Shown: in pieces, positions 43,891 to 52,662 of the stretch
Numbering within the stretch: position 1 is the first letter of the stretch
How the letters are laid out: each line of letters begins with the position of its first letter
NCBI GenBank assembly: GCA_963739455.1
Contig: CAVUAK010000002.1
Span: 320,001-384,000 of the forward strand
DNA: 64,000 nucleotides
From: an uncultured Gemmatimonadales bacterium
GTDB taxonomy: Bacteria; Gemmatimonadota; Gemmatimonadetes; Gemmatimonadales; GWC2-71-9
Reading direction: 5' to 3'
The notes under the pieces: generated by a model
Seen by the model: the letters and a program-made list of their open reading frames with translations, nothing else
What the model was told of the DNA's origin: nothing
The model's database searches: none
Position numbers and translations under genes: made by a program

Positions 43891-46212
43891 ATGCCTGAAG
43901 TCCGGTCTTCAGTCGTCATCCGCTCACGCAGCTCGCTCGTTGTTGCAACCTTCGCGGTGGTGGGAGGCATCTACCTCTCCGCATGTGCTGGCGAACCACT
44001 GCCCGATACCGGCACCGTATCGGTGGCCCTCGCACCGGCGAGCGTCAACGTGCCACAGGACGGCTCCGGCAACAGTGCCCTGACGGTTCAGCGGGGCGGT
44101 GCGTTCACCGGGCCAGTGACGCTGACGCAAACCGGCGCCCCAGCCGGTGTCACCGTGGCATTCACGCCTTCTGTTGTTCCAGCTGGCGCAACCGCGAGCA
44201 CCGTGACCATCACAGTCGGCGCCACCGTCGCGGCCGGCACTTATCCGGTCAGCATCAGGGCCACGGGCGACAACGTCCCCGCGGCCCTCGCAAACCTTGC
44301 CGTCGTTGTCACTGGTGGTGCGGCCGGCTCGATCACCCTGACGGCTGCACCCACCACGCTCACGGTTCCGGTTGGCGCAGCCGCCGTGACCTCCGTGATC
44401 ACGATCGCGCGAACCGCGCCCTTCGCCGGGGCCGTCGCCCTGACGGTGACAGGTCAGCCGGCAGGCGTGACCGCAACCCTGACTCCCACGAGCGTCACGG
44501 GAACCACCTCGACGCTGAGTGTTCAGTCGGCAACCGGTGCCGTGAACGGCGCGTATCCGCTCGTGATCCACGGAGCAGGTACCGGCATTGCCCCGGCCTC
44601 GGTGACAGTCACCGTGACAGTCACTGGGGGAGCGACAAGTGGCGTCTGGTTCACGTTCACTCCATCCTCTATTCCGGTGACGGTTGGCGGCGGAAGCGCC
44701 ACGTCCGCAGTTCTCATCACGCGCACCAGCTTCCTCGGAGGCATAAACCTCACGATCAGCGGTGCCCCGACAGGCATGAGCGCGAGCGTCAACCCCAACA
44801 ACAACGTCGCCGGGACCGCCGCCACCGTGAGTGTGCAGGCGGGCGCCGCCGTCGCACCAGGCACGTACAACCTGACACTCACTGGAACGGGCGCCGGTAT
44901 ACCGGACGCTACCGGTATCCTGCCGGTCGTGGTGTCACCGGCCAGCGGCGGGGGGAGTGCCACGGTCACCTTCTGCACTGAGGATGCGCCGCTCTGGGTG
45001 GCGTCGCAGGATGGCAACGGTGCCTGGACCCGAGTCGATCCCACGACCGCGGGTGGCACCACGTACCAGTTCACGTTCGCCACGGGCAAGGGCGGGATTG
45101 CGACGGTGCAGTCCGATGCCTCCGGCACAGACCTTAGCGTCCTCTATGCCACACTGGCCGATTTCACCGCCTTCGCCAGTACCGTGAACAACAACGCTTG
45201 CGAATCAAACAAGGCGGTGAACGGATCGGTTTCCGGCGTCGGGGCAACCGAGGCCGCAATTGTCGACCTCGGCGGCAGCTCGGTACGCGTCGATCCCCCC
45301 GCCACTGGTTTCGCGCTTTCAAACGTACCTGGTGGAGTGCGGAACCTGGTGGCGACGCGGATCGACGGCAGCACGGATGCCGTCAACTGGATCATCATAC
45401 GCAGGGGCCTCAACCCCGCCGATCGCGATATACTTCCAACACTGACCTTCGGCACCGAGGGATCCCCGACCGTCTCCGCCAACGTCAGCGTGACCAATCT
45501 CGGCGCTGACGCCGCGACCGTGGGCTCGGTCTTTACCGGTGTGCGGGGCTCATCGTTCGTATTCCTCAGCACCATCGAGAACATTGTGGCAGCCTCGCCA
45601 GCGCAGCTGTACACCGCGATCCCGACGGCCCAGCTCAATGCCGGTGAATTGCAGGAAGTGGTGGCCCTGTCCTCAGCTGCGGGCAACCCGAATAGTGATC
45701 GTTCGGCGGGAGTGTACTTCACGAACGTTGTGGACCGGACCATTGCCCTCGGGCCGAACCTCAGCATTCCCACCGTGACGAAGACGGTGACGGGTGGCAT
45801 TGCTCGGCCGAACGTACAACTGCCAAGCCAGGCAGAGTACGATCGCTATCTCAGCGCTACCTACACGCAGGGCGCCAGCCAATCAGCGAATGTCTTCGCG
45901 ACCGCGTCGTACTACGGCGCCCTCCCCACGACCTGGGATGTGAGCCTGCCAGACCTCTCGACTGTGCCGGGATGGACCGCTTCGTGGGGGCTGCAGGACG
46001 GTACGCCGATCGACTGGGATGTCTCGGCACAGGGTGGTGCGATCACCTTCCTCGACCCGACCATCAGCGACGGAAGCCCCACACGGGGCGCGACGGTCCG
46101 CAGTTCCGCATCATTAGCGCTGCGGGGCGTTCCCGGAGGCACGGACCTGCTGATGCTGCGGCGCCGCCTGATGGAAGTTTTCACGGACAGGCACAGCGAC
46201 CCACTGCACTAG
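43891..46212 (+). CDS. Large lipoprotein with three Ig-like repeats, paralogue 2
   Basis: Lipobox LSA-C; colinear with paralogue 1. Confidence 0.8.
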   Translation: MPEVRSSVVIRSRSSLVVATFAVVGGIYLSACAGEPLPDTGTVSVALAPASVNVPQDGSGNSALTVQRGGAFTGPVTLTQTGAPAGVTVAFTPSVVPAGATASTVTITVGATVAAGTYPVSIRATGDNVPAALANLAVVVTGGAAGSITLTAAPTTLTVPVGAAAVTSVITIARTAPFAGAVALTVTGQPAGVTATLTPTSVTGTTSTLSVQSATGAVNGAYPLVIHGAGTGIAPASVTVTVTVTGGATSGVWFTFTPSSIPVTVGGGSATSAVLITRTSFLGGINLTISGAPTGMSASVNPNNNVAGTAATVSVQAGAAVAPGTYNLTLTGTGAGIPDATGILPVVVSPASGGGSATVTFCTEDAPLWVASQDGNGAWTRVDPTTAGGTTYQFTFATGKGGIATVQSDASGTDLSVLYATLADFTAFASTVNNNACESNKAVNGSVSGVGATEAAIVDLGGSSVRVDPPATGFALSNVPGGVRNLVATRIDGSTDAVNWIIIRRGLNPADRDILPTLTFGTEGSPTVSANVSVTNLGADAATVGSVFTGVRGSSFVFLSTIENIVAASPAQLYTAIPTAQLNAGELQEVVALSSAAGNPNSDRSAGVYFTNVVDRTIALGPNLSIPTVTKTVTGGIARPNVQLPSQAEYDRYLSATYTQGASQSANVFATASYYGALPTTWDVSLPDLSTVPGWTASWGLQDGTPIDWDVSAQGGAITFLDPTISDGSPTRGATVRSSASLALRGVPGGTDLLMLRRRLMEVFTDRHSDPLH

Positions 46213-46249
46213 GTCCGGTGGACGTGCAGGTGAGGGAGCGTGCGCAGCG

Positions 46250-47077
46250 TCAGGCTGGCGCCGCCTCAAACACGTAGCTCACATAGCCGAACTCTCGCTC
46301 GCCGTTGGCGGCCCAGCGCCGGACGTGCGCTGGCGCCACCACCCGTCGCGTCCCGTCGTCGAGCAGGGATGTCGCCTCATAACCGTGGCGCCAGAACACC
46401 TCGAACGTTGGTTCGAAATCAGGGTTGAGTCCTGCGGGATGATGCTCGGTGAGGCAGATCTCCAGCAACCACACCGGCCTCGGCTTCCGCTGCAGCACCT
46501 CGGTCGCACCTCGCAGGACCCCGAGCTCGGCGCCTTCAACATCGACCTTGATGAGCAGGGGCTGACCGCTGAAGCGATGGCCCATGACGGCATCAAGCGT
46601 CGTCAGGGGAATCGACCGCCCACTGGCCGCCGCTGCACCGGCCCATTCGGGCAGCAGGGACGCTCCGGTTCCACCACCATGCAGCGTGGCGATCCCGTAT
46701 CGATCCGCCAGTCCCGCTGGCACCACCTCGACATCGCTCCAGCCATTTGCCATCAAGTTGAAGAGGAGGCACTCCACATTGTCGCGCGATGCCTCGACGG
46801 CGATGACGCGCGCGCCTGCCTTCCGTGCCAGGCATGTGTAGAAACCGATATTGGCTCCGATATCGACGAAAACGGCAGCGCGTGCAAGCTGCGCCTCGAT
46901 GAACCGGGTCTCCGCTGGCTCGAATCCCGCGGAGCTCATCACCTTGTTGCCCGCCAGGCGGAAACCGTGAGGGGTGTCGCGAAGGGCTGCCGGGCCGCAA
47001 CGCCGCTGGGCGCGGACGGTGGACCGGGCCAGGGCGTAGCTGGAGAGCCAACTGGAGAGGAAGTTCGCGATGCCCAC
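46250..47077 (-). CDS. FkbM family methyltransferase
   Basis: FVDIGANIGFY, IKVDVEGAE. Confidence 0.92.
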   Translation of the reverse strand: MGIANFLSSWLSSYALARSTVRAQRRCGPAALRDTPHGFRLAGNKVMSSAGFEPAETRFIEAQLARAAVFVDIGANIGFYTCLARKAGARVIAVEASRDNVECLLFNLMANGWSDVEVVPAGLADRYGIATLHGGGTGASLLPEWAGAAAASGRSIPLTTLDAVMGHRFSGQPLLIKVDVEGAELGVLRGATEVLQRKPRPVWLLEICLTEHHPAGLNPDFEPTFEVFWRHGYEATSLLDDGTRRVVAPAHVRRWAANGEREFGYVSYVFEAAPA

Positions 47078-47125
47078 GAGGCTGCCGGCCTCCGGTGCCT
47101 GCGATATGATTCAACTTGCCGCCAA

Positions 47126-47199
47126 TGGGCCCTGTTGGATTCGAACCAACGACCTACGGATTATGAGTCCGCTGCTCTAACCGACTGAGCTAAGGGCCC
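47126..47199 (-). tRNA. tRNA with CAT anticodon, most likely tRNA-Ile2 (lysidine)
   Basis: GGGCCCTTAGCTCAGTCGGTTAGAGCAGCGGA-CTCATAA-TCCGTAGGTCGTTGGTTCGAATCCAACAGGGCCCA. G1-C72 is paired and there is no GGG/CCC anticodon stem, so not initiator; resembles the E. coli ileX pattern. Confidence 0.9.
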
Positions 47200-47200
47200 G
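47161..47200. repeat. att site within the intact tRNA (5' half)
   Basis: TTATGAGTCCGCTGCTCTAACCGACTGAGCTAAGGGCCCG, identical to 58044-58083. Confidence 0.96.
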
Positions 47201-47211
47201 AACGTTCTGCC

Positions 47212-47240
47212 ACAATAACTTAGCGTTCACCCGGCTTCAA
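47212..47240 (-). promoter_or_regulatory. Element-borne promoter for the tRNA
   Basis: TTGAAG-N17-TATTGT ending 12 nt before tRNA G1 and overlapping the integrase stop. Confidence 0.65.
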
Positions 47241-48495
47241 CGTCGGCCCCTTCCCGGTGGCTCCCGGTGGCATCGGGACGGAGGAACGCCCGCAGGGTGT
47301 CGTCCCCTTCCTCAGTCGCGTGCGTGTAGACCTCAAGCGTAATCTTCGTATTGCTGTGCCCGGCTGCGCGGCTCACCGCCGAGATCGGCATGCCCGCCGT
47401 CACCCAGTCGGAGATCACCCGGTGCCGCAGATCGTACATGCGGACTTCCTTCCGTACGCCCGTCGCCTTCTTCGCCCGCTCGAAACGCTTCACCAGCGCG
47501 TCGTACGTCATCAGCCTGCCGTCCTCCCCGGGGAACAGCAGCCCCGGCGTCCAGCCTGCGCGCTCCTCGGGCGTGGCCGTCAACTCCATGCGCTCGCGCC
47601 GTCCTGCCGCTCGCTGCAGCGCCTCGGCCACCGCCGCCGGGATCGGCAGCGTGCGTCGGCCTGCCCGCGTCTTGGGCGTCTTGAGCACCGCCGCCTGTCC
47701 GCGCACCCACTGCGCCGCGTGCGTCACCTGCAGCGTGTCCGCACTGAGCAGATTCTCCCGGCGCAGCGCCGCCGCCTCACCCGGGCGCATCGGCAGGTAG
47801 CACTGCAGCGTGATGATCGGGCCGATCACATCGTCCGTCTCCGCCCACGCCTTCAGCTTGGTCAACTCCTCCGTCGTCGGGATCGTGAGCGTGTGCTCGC
47901 GCCGCTCCACCTGCGGGAGCGTAACCTTCCCGCCCTTTCGCCCGCTGAGGAACGGGTGCAGCAGCGTGAGGTCCATGCGAATGAAGTACGTGAACGCCTG
48001 CCGGATCGTCGTGTGGAGCTTGAGCGCCTGTTTCCCCGTGCTCGCCCGTTCGACGCGGCTCAAGAGATCCTGCGCGTCCGCCGGGCGAATCTCGCGGACC
48101 TCGCGGCGCGCCAGTCGGTCGCAGTCGCCGTAGGTGAACGCGGGGAGCGGCGTCGTCCCGTCGCGGAGCGCGGTGGCGATGTCCTTCGGGATCAGTTTCC
48201 ACTGCGCGAGCCGCGTGACGTCGTCGTAGAACGTGCGGGCGCTCGCGGTGCTCTGGTGCATCTGCAGCCACTGCACCAGCGACGGCCCGAGCCGCCCCTT
48301 CTTCACGCGGGTCAGTGTGCCGTGTTCCTGCGCGATGGAGCCTTGCACCCGATCGCGTTCCGCCTGTGCCTTCGTGTCACGCACCGGCCCGAGCTTGATG
48401 ATGCTCCCGGCGATCTGGATGCGCGCCTGCCAGCGCATGCCGTCCTTGGACGGACGCGGCTCGACCCAGCCTTCCCCCCGCTTCGCTTTTGCCAT
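47227..48495 (-). CDS. int: Tyrosine integrase with N-terminal arm-binding domain
   Basis: MRPGEAAAL (R), PKTRAGRR (K), YDLRH, AGHSN...EVYTH (H, Y); N-terminal RGEGWV...RWQARI. Confidence 0.95.
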   Translation of the reverse strand: MAKAKRGEGWVEPRPSKDGMRWQARIQIAGSIIKLGPVRDTKAQAERDRVQGSIAQEHGTLTRVKKGRLGPSLVQWLQMHQSTASARTFYDDVTRLAQWKLIPKDIATALRDGTTPLPAFTYGDCDRLARREVREIRPADAQDLLSRVERASTGKQALKLHTTIRQAFTYFIRMDLTLLHPFLSGRKGGKVTLPQVERREHTLTIPTTEELTKLKAWAETDDVIGPIITLQCYLPMRPGEAAALRRENLLSADTLQVTHAAQWVRGQAAVLKTPKTRAGRRTLPIPAAVAEALQRAAGRRERMELTATPEERAGWTPGLLFPGEDGRLMTYDALVKRFERAKKATGVRKEVRMYDLRHRVISDWVTAGMPISAVSRAAGHSNTKITLEVYTHATEEGDDTLRAFLRPDATGSHREGADVEAG

Positions 48496-48531
48496 CGTGA
48501 TTCTCCGTGTGGTGGTTGGTCCTCGCCGGGG

Positions 48532-48708
48532 TCAGAACCCGGCGTCCTGCATGTCCTGCCGTACGTCCTCCGGTAACTCGTCTCGCGTGCGCGCCTGCTG
48601 CAGCGCCCGGCGGATCGCTTGCTGCTCCGCGATCGGTCGCCAGCTGAACGGCTCGCTGTTCACGTACCGGGCGGCTGCCCGGCTGAACGCGGCGTGGTCC
48701 TCCTCCAT
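48532..48708 (-). CDS. 58-aa hypothetical protein upstream of int
   Basis: GAGGAGG SD then MEEDHAAFSRAAARYVN. Confidence 0.6.
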   Translation of the reverse strand: MEEDHAAFSRAAARYVNSEPFSWRPIAEQQAIRRALQQARTRDELPEDVRQDMQDAGF

Positions 48709-48881
48709 CTCGCCTCCTCGTGTGGGGGCGCTTGAAGGAATCGACCGAGGGGACTGCACAGCAAAGGGCCGAGCCTCCGTAGCCCTCCGCCCGCCGCCCG
48801 GCTCCCCTATGGCAGCGCGGTCCTTCGGTGGCCCCCGTCTCCGCTGCTCTCCCGAGGGACCACTGCGCACCGCTCGGCCTC

Positions 48882-48997
48882 TTGATCGAACGCAGCGGTG
48901 CCGGTATGATTGCGTTGAGTCTCGCCTCCAAGCGGCTCATGTGAAGAAAAGGTTTTGCCAGCCCTCGGCGCGTCCACGCCGAGGGTTTGGCGTTTCT
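48882..48997 (+). ncRNA. Candidate ~80-nt small RNA with its own promoter and terminator
   Basis: TTGATC-N17-TATGAT (48882-48910), small hairpin, linker, then 14-bp hairpin 48957-48991 followed by GTTTCT. Confidence 0.55.
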
Positions 48998-49056
48998 GGC
49001 TCTGGCTTTTCTCACCGCCGTGCCCGCTTCACGGCTGGACGCGAACACCCGTGTCA

Positions 49057-49078
49057 AGGTCCGCCAATTGGCGGACCT
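49057..49078. promoter_or_regulatory. Perfect 22-bp palindrome
   Basis: AGGTCCGCCAATTGGCGGACCT. Confidence 0.6.
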
Positions 49079-49219
49079 CACTTCCGCAGCGGCTGGTACT
49101 TCCCGCTGCTCGCCGCCTCGGCACTCCGCATAGGGCGATCGTCCTACCCGTTTGCAAATCCTGGGACGGCGGTTATACGTCCGGGCCTCGCTGCGATTCC
49201 TTCTCGACACGAGGTGCCT

Positions 49220-50014
49220 GTGATCCGGCTGTCCCTGCCGCGCACCAAAGCGGCAACGTTCTGCATCAACTTCCTGCCCGATGATGAGAGCCTGCCGTGG
49301 CCCGCTGGCACCGGCTTCTTCGTGTCGCCCGACGGCGTCTTCATCACAGCGGCCCACGTCGTCACCGAGGACGGCACCCCGACCGGCAAGGTGCGCGACA
49401 ACCTCGGGACCGCTCATTTCAATCGCGAGGCCGCTCACGAGCCCGGCGGTGCCTCCGTGCATTCGCCCTCGCTGATCGAACTGATGCCGTCGCATGACAT
49501 CGCGATCCTGCGCGTCCCGTTTGAGAAACACACGCCTGCGTTTCCCGGTCCCGGCTTTCAGCACCTCCATGTGTCGCGCCGTCAGCTGGAGGACGCCGAA
49601 CCCGTCTACGCGTACGGCTATCCGCTCAGCGAAACCGTCCTCCTGCACCAAGACGAGCACCAGCAGATCGCCGCCCAGAAACTCTCGCCGCGCACGACGT
49701 CGATGATCGTGGCCTCGCAGTGGTACTACGTGCCGAACACCGTGCAGAGCACCGAGCCGGAGCGATACGCGCTCGACAAGGCACTGAACTACGGTAACAG
49801 TGGCGGACCGATCCTCGCCCAGAGCACGGGTCACGTGCACGGATGGTGCTCGCGGTTCCAGCCTGTCGAGATTCCGCAAACGCACCTCGCTGGTCCCGCC
49901 GGAGAGCCGATCCGCATCTTTATGCCGAGCCTCTACGGGATCGTCGGCAGCTTTCACAGCCCCGAAGTGATCGAGGCGCTTGAGCGCCTGAACGTCCCGC
50001 TCGTGGACGCCTAG
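49220..50014 (+). CDS. Trypsin-like serine protease without signal peptide
   Basis: GTGFFV, ITAAHVV (His), DIAIL (Asp), GNSGGP (Ser); GAGG SD before GTG 49220. Confidence 0.88.
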   Translation: MIRLSLPRTKAATFCINFLPDDESLPWPAGTGFFVSPDGVFITAAHVVTEDGTPTGKVRDNLGTAHFNREAAHEPGGASVHSPSLIELMPSHDIAILRVPFEKHTPAFPGPGFQHLHVSRRQLEDAEPVYAYGYPLSETVLLHQDEHQQIAAQKLSPRTTSMIVASQWYYVPNTVQSTEPERYALDKALNYGNSGGPILAQSTGHVHGWCSRFQPVEIPQTHLAGPAGEPIRIFMPSLYGIVGSFHSPEVIEALERLNVPLVDA

Positions 50015-50256
50015 CCCTCCCGTCGCGCTCGTCTCCGCATGCGCTGCCGGTCGATCTTCCGCCGGTGCTGCGCCTGCGGCGTTCGGCATCGCGTGCACAT
50101 GATGCGCGGTCTACCCCGCACACGCCGTCGCGCTGGTACCGTCACCAAGCGCGGGCAGCACAGGCACTCGACCCAGCGCCTCCCCGTGCGGGAGCACGTG
50201 TCGTGGCAGCGCACGCCCGCACACGCCACCCGCAGCAGGATGGACTCGCGCCTCAC
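50011..50256 (-). CDS. Small basic Cys-rich protein, possible zinc finger
   Basis: CLCC...CTRC; start overlaps the upstream stop (GTGA). Confidence 0.45.
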   Translation of the reverse strand: MRRESILLRVACAGVRCHDTCSRTGRRWVECLCCPRLVTVPARRRVRGRPRIMCTRCRTPQAQHRRKIDRQRMRRRARREG

Positions 50257-50705
50257 TGATCGAGCAGCACCGGTCGTGAGTCGCCATCTGCCTGCGGCAA
50301 GCGGCGTCCGCGCAAGCTCGTCACGCCCGGCAGGTAGTCCGCGCTCGCGCTGGTCGGGTATGTCTCGGCCACCACGTCAGCGACGAGCCTCGCGGCCAGC
50401 GGATTGACCACCACCTCGCGCTGCTCCCGGTAGCTCTTGCTCTCGCCCTCGCGCTGGCCGCTCTCGGCGCTCGCGTACAGCGGCGCGAGGCCCCGGGCGA
50501 GGCTGAACCCCACCTGCAGCACCAGCGCCCGGTGGAGACTCGGCGTGTCCTCGGCCTCCTCGTACACCTCCTGCGAGATCGGCAACAGGTCCGCCGCGAG
50601 CGCCACCTCCTCGCCGAATCGTGTCGGGCTCTCCATCGCCATCTGCTTCGCCTGCGGCGTGAGGAGCGGGTGCGCCGTCAGGTCCGGCAACGGGTTGAGC
50701 TTCAC
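50253..50705 (-). CDS. Hypothetical protein, possible phage head-tail adaptor
   Basis: 150 aa; RALVLQVGF...ESKSY...VNPLAARLV resembles adaptor C-termini, by eye only. Confidence 0.4.
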   Translation of the reverse strand: MKLNPLPDLTAHPLLTPQAKQMAMESPTRFGEEVALAADLLPISQEVYEEAEDTPSLHRALVLQVGFSLARGLAPLYASAESGQREGESKSYREQREVVVNPLAARLVADVVAETYPTSASADYLPGVTSLRGRRLPQADGDSRPVLLDQ

Positions 50706-50806
50706 GCGATGATCCGCGCCAGCGCCGCCGTGACCGGGTCGCGGACCGGGTCACCGGTCGTGCTCTTGAGCAACTGCGCAATCGTCGGAAACGGGTACCC
50801 TCGCAT
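50702..50806 (-). CDS. 34-aa small protein missing from the ORF track
   Basis: AAGGAGG SD; MRGYPFPTIAQLLKSTTGDPVRDPVTAALARIIA; stop overlaps the next GTG. Confidence 0.6.
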   Translation of the reverse strand: MRGYPFPTIAQLLKSTTGDPVRDPVTAALARIIA

Positions 50807-50899
50807 GTCGTGCCTCCTTGTCTCGTGAATGACCCCTGCTCGACCCCTGTCATGTGCTCGCTCACCCGGGCAGCATCGCGGTTGCTCTGACCGCCTGCC

Positions 50900-51214
50900 T
50901 TACATCGCCCGCTGCCGGGCCAGCACGTCCGCTGCTGCCGTGGCTCGGTCCTGCGCCTGCTGCAGCTTGGCGCGATTCTCGAGCGCGATCTTGCCCCGGA
51001 AGCACATCCAGTATTCCGCCTCGGTGAACGTCCATCCGTTCGCGGCGTCCTCCGCCTCGCGAGCCGCGACGATCTCCTGCATGCTCTTGCCCGCGAGCCG
51101 CATCGCTTTGCCGCGCTCGGCGCGGATCGCGTTCCGCCGCTCCTCCTCCTCGTGGCGCGCTATCTCCTCGTCCTCCTCCGCGAGCAGTCGCTCGCGCTCG
51201 ACGTACTCGCTCAC
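50900..51214 (-). CDS. Helical hypothetical protein
   Basis: GTG overlaps the upstream stop; charged helical sequence. Confidence 0.6.
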   Translation of the reverse strand: MSEYVERERLLAEEDEEIARHEEEERRNAIRAERGKAMRLAGKSMQEIVAAREAEDAANGWTFTEAEYWMCFRGKIALENRAKLQQAQDRATAAADVLARQRAM

Positions 51215-51492
51215 TGGCCGTGGTAGAGCGAGTCGAGCGGCTTGTGCATCGCCTGATACGCGGCGAGGTCCGCCTCCTGCTTCACCTTCACGTCCGCCGC
51301 CTCGGCGGCGAGAAACTGATCCATCGACTCCCACTGCAGGTTCGCCTTCGCGTACGCAGCTTCGAGGACTTGCGTCTGCTGCTCCATCGTCAGGCCCTCG
51401 AAGGCGTTCTCCCGGCGCAGCTTGTCGCGCAGCCGGTCGCGCTGCTGGCCCATGTCGCGTGCGATCTTTTCCTCTTGCGTCAGTCCTGACAT
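51211..51492 (-). CDS. Helical hypothetical protein
   Basis: GAGGAG SD; MSGLTQEEKIARDMG. Confidence 0.65.
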   Translation of the reverse strand: MSGLTQEEKIARDMGQQRDRLRDKLRRENAFEGLTMEQQTQVLEAAYAKANLQWESMDQFLAAEAADVKVKQEADLAAYQAMHKPLDSLYHGQ

Positions 51493-51536
51493 GCTCGTCT
51501 CCTCAGTGGTGCTGATAACTGCGCTGATTTGCGCAC

Positions 51537-51716
51537 TTACTTCCGCAGCGGGGCGAGCGCCCCGTATCTGGCGCGGTACCACTCGCCCCGGCACTGCGCT
51601 GTCGCGAACTCCACGCGGACGCGGCGCTGCAGCGTGCACGTCATGCGGGGCACGCGCTCGCGCATCTCGCGCTCGTCGTGCGCCTCGGGCACCGGCCACG
51701 CCAGTGTGATGCTCAC
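51537..51716 (-). CDS. 59-aa hypothetical protein
   Basis: GTG overlaps the upstream stop (GTGA). Confidence 0.35.
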   Translation of the reverse strand: MSITLAWPVPEAHDEREMRERVPRMTCTLQRRVRVEFATAQCRGEWYRARYGALAPLRK

Positions 51717-52363
51717 TCGCTGGCGCTCGGCTGTGCCATGAGCAGGGGCGAGGGCAGGCGCAGTCCGGTCGCCATCGCGATCAGCGGCGCGATCAGCGTT
51801 GTGTAGGCTGGGGCGATGCGATGCCGCCCGAGCGTCCGCAGCGCCACCTTCCCGTCGCCCGTCACGTCCTTGAGCGCCTGCTCGTGCGCGAGCAACGCGA
51901 GACACCACTCCCGCGTCGGCAGGAACCCTGCGTCGATCCGATCCGCGCCGATCGTGAGGTGCGCGTCGTAGGCCTCCACCTTCGGGTCGAGCAGTGCCTT
52001 CTCGGCGGCACGCTGCTCCGCCTGCACCCGGGCACGCTCCGCCTGCTCCTCGCGTTCACGGGCGATGCGGGCGAGCGTGGCGTTCGCCTCCTGCTCCTCA
52101 CGGTCGAGCGCGTCGAGGCGCGGGGGTTCGTCCGGCCCCTTGAACGCGGGGTGGAAGTACCCGCGCCCGTGCTCGTCCTTCGCGCCGAGCGGGAACGGCG
52201 ACGCCACGGGCTCCGCGTCCGCCGTCTCTGCCGCACTCTCGTCCAGCAACTCGACACGCTCCAGCCCGGTCCCGTCCGGCAGCGGCTGCGGCTGACTGCG
52301 GCGACGCCCGGCCATCACCGGATGCGGAACCTTGTCCACCTCGATCTTCGTTCCAGTGCTCAT
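51713..52363 (-). CDS. Hypothetical protein with central coiled coil
   Basis: ATGA overlap with the upstream gene; MSTGTKIEVDK. Confidence 0.65.
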   Translation of the reverse strand: MSTGTKIEVDKVPHPVMAGRRRSQPQPLPDGTGLERVELLDESAAETADAEPVASPFPLGAKDEHGRGYFHPAFKGPDEPPRLDALDREEQEANATLARIAREREEQAERARVQAEQRAAEKALLDPKVEAYDAHLTIGADRIDAGFLPTREWCLALLAHEQALKDVTGDGKVALRTLGRHRIAPAYTTLIAPLIAMATGLRLPSPLLMAQPSASE

Positions 52364-52662
52364 GACTGTCCTCGGTGCCCGCGTGGGCGTTGCTGTGGTC
52401 GTGCCTTCGGCGTGATGGCAACGGCGTGGTGCCGCCTGCGCTGCCCGTGATTCCCCTTGCCGTCCGGCGCGGCTTCGGCGTCGAGGATGCCGTGCTGCAG
52501 CGCCCACGCGCAGATGAGGTCGATGCGCGCTGGGACCTCGGCCAGCGTGAGCCCGAGCACCGTCGCGATGCGCTCGGGCGACTTCTTCTCGCGCAGGGCA
52601 CGCAGGAGCCACATCGCCTCCCGCAGTTCCCGGCCCGGCGTGCCCACGCTTGGCGGAATCAC
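52360..52662 (-). CDS. Possible helix-turn-helix protein
   Basis: KSPERIATVLGLTLAEV pattern; coupled to neighbours on both sides. Confidence 0.5.
   Translation of the reverse strand: MIPPSVGTPGRELREAMWLLRALREKKSPERIATVLGLTLAEVPARIDLICAWALQHGILDAEAAPDGKGNHGQRRRHHAVAITPKARPQQRPRGHRGQS

Noticed and set aside
41042..47125. Second island integrated at tRNA-Val
   Set aside because: No duplicated tRNA-Val fragment or integrase was seen in this interval.
47126..47199. Initiator tRNA-Met
   Set aside because: It has a paired G1-C72 and lacks the three G-C pairs in the anticodon stem. Elongator Met is not fully excluded.
48233..49219. 593-aa plus-strand ORF read as a large protease fusion
   Set aside because: The N-terminal 329 codons overlap int antisense and promoter/terminator signals. 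The SD and protease motifs point to a start at 49220.
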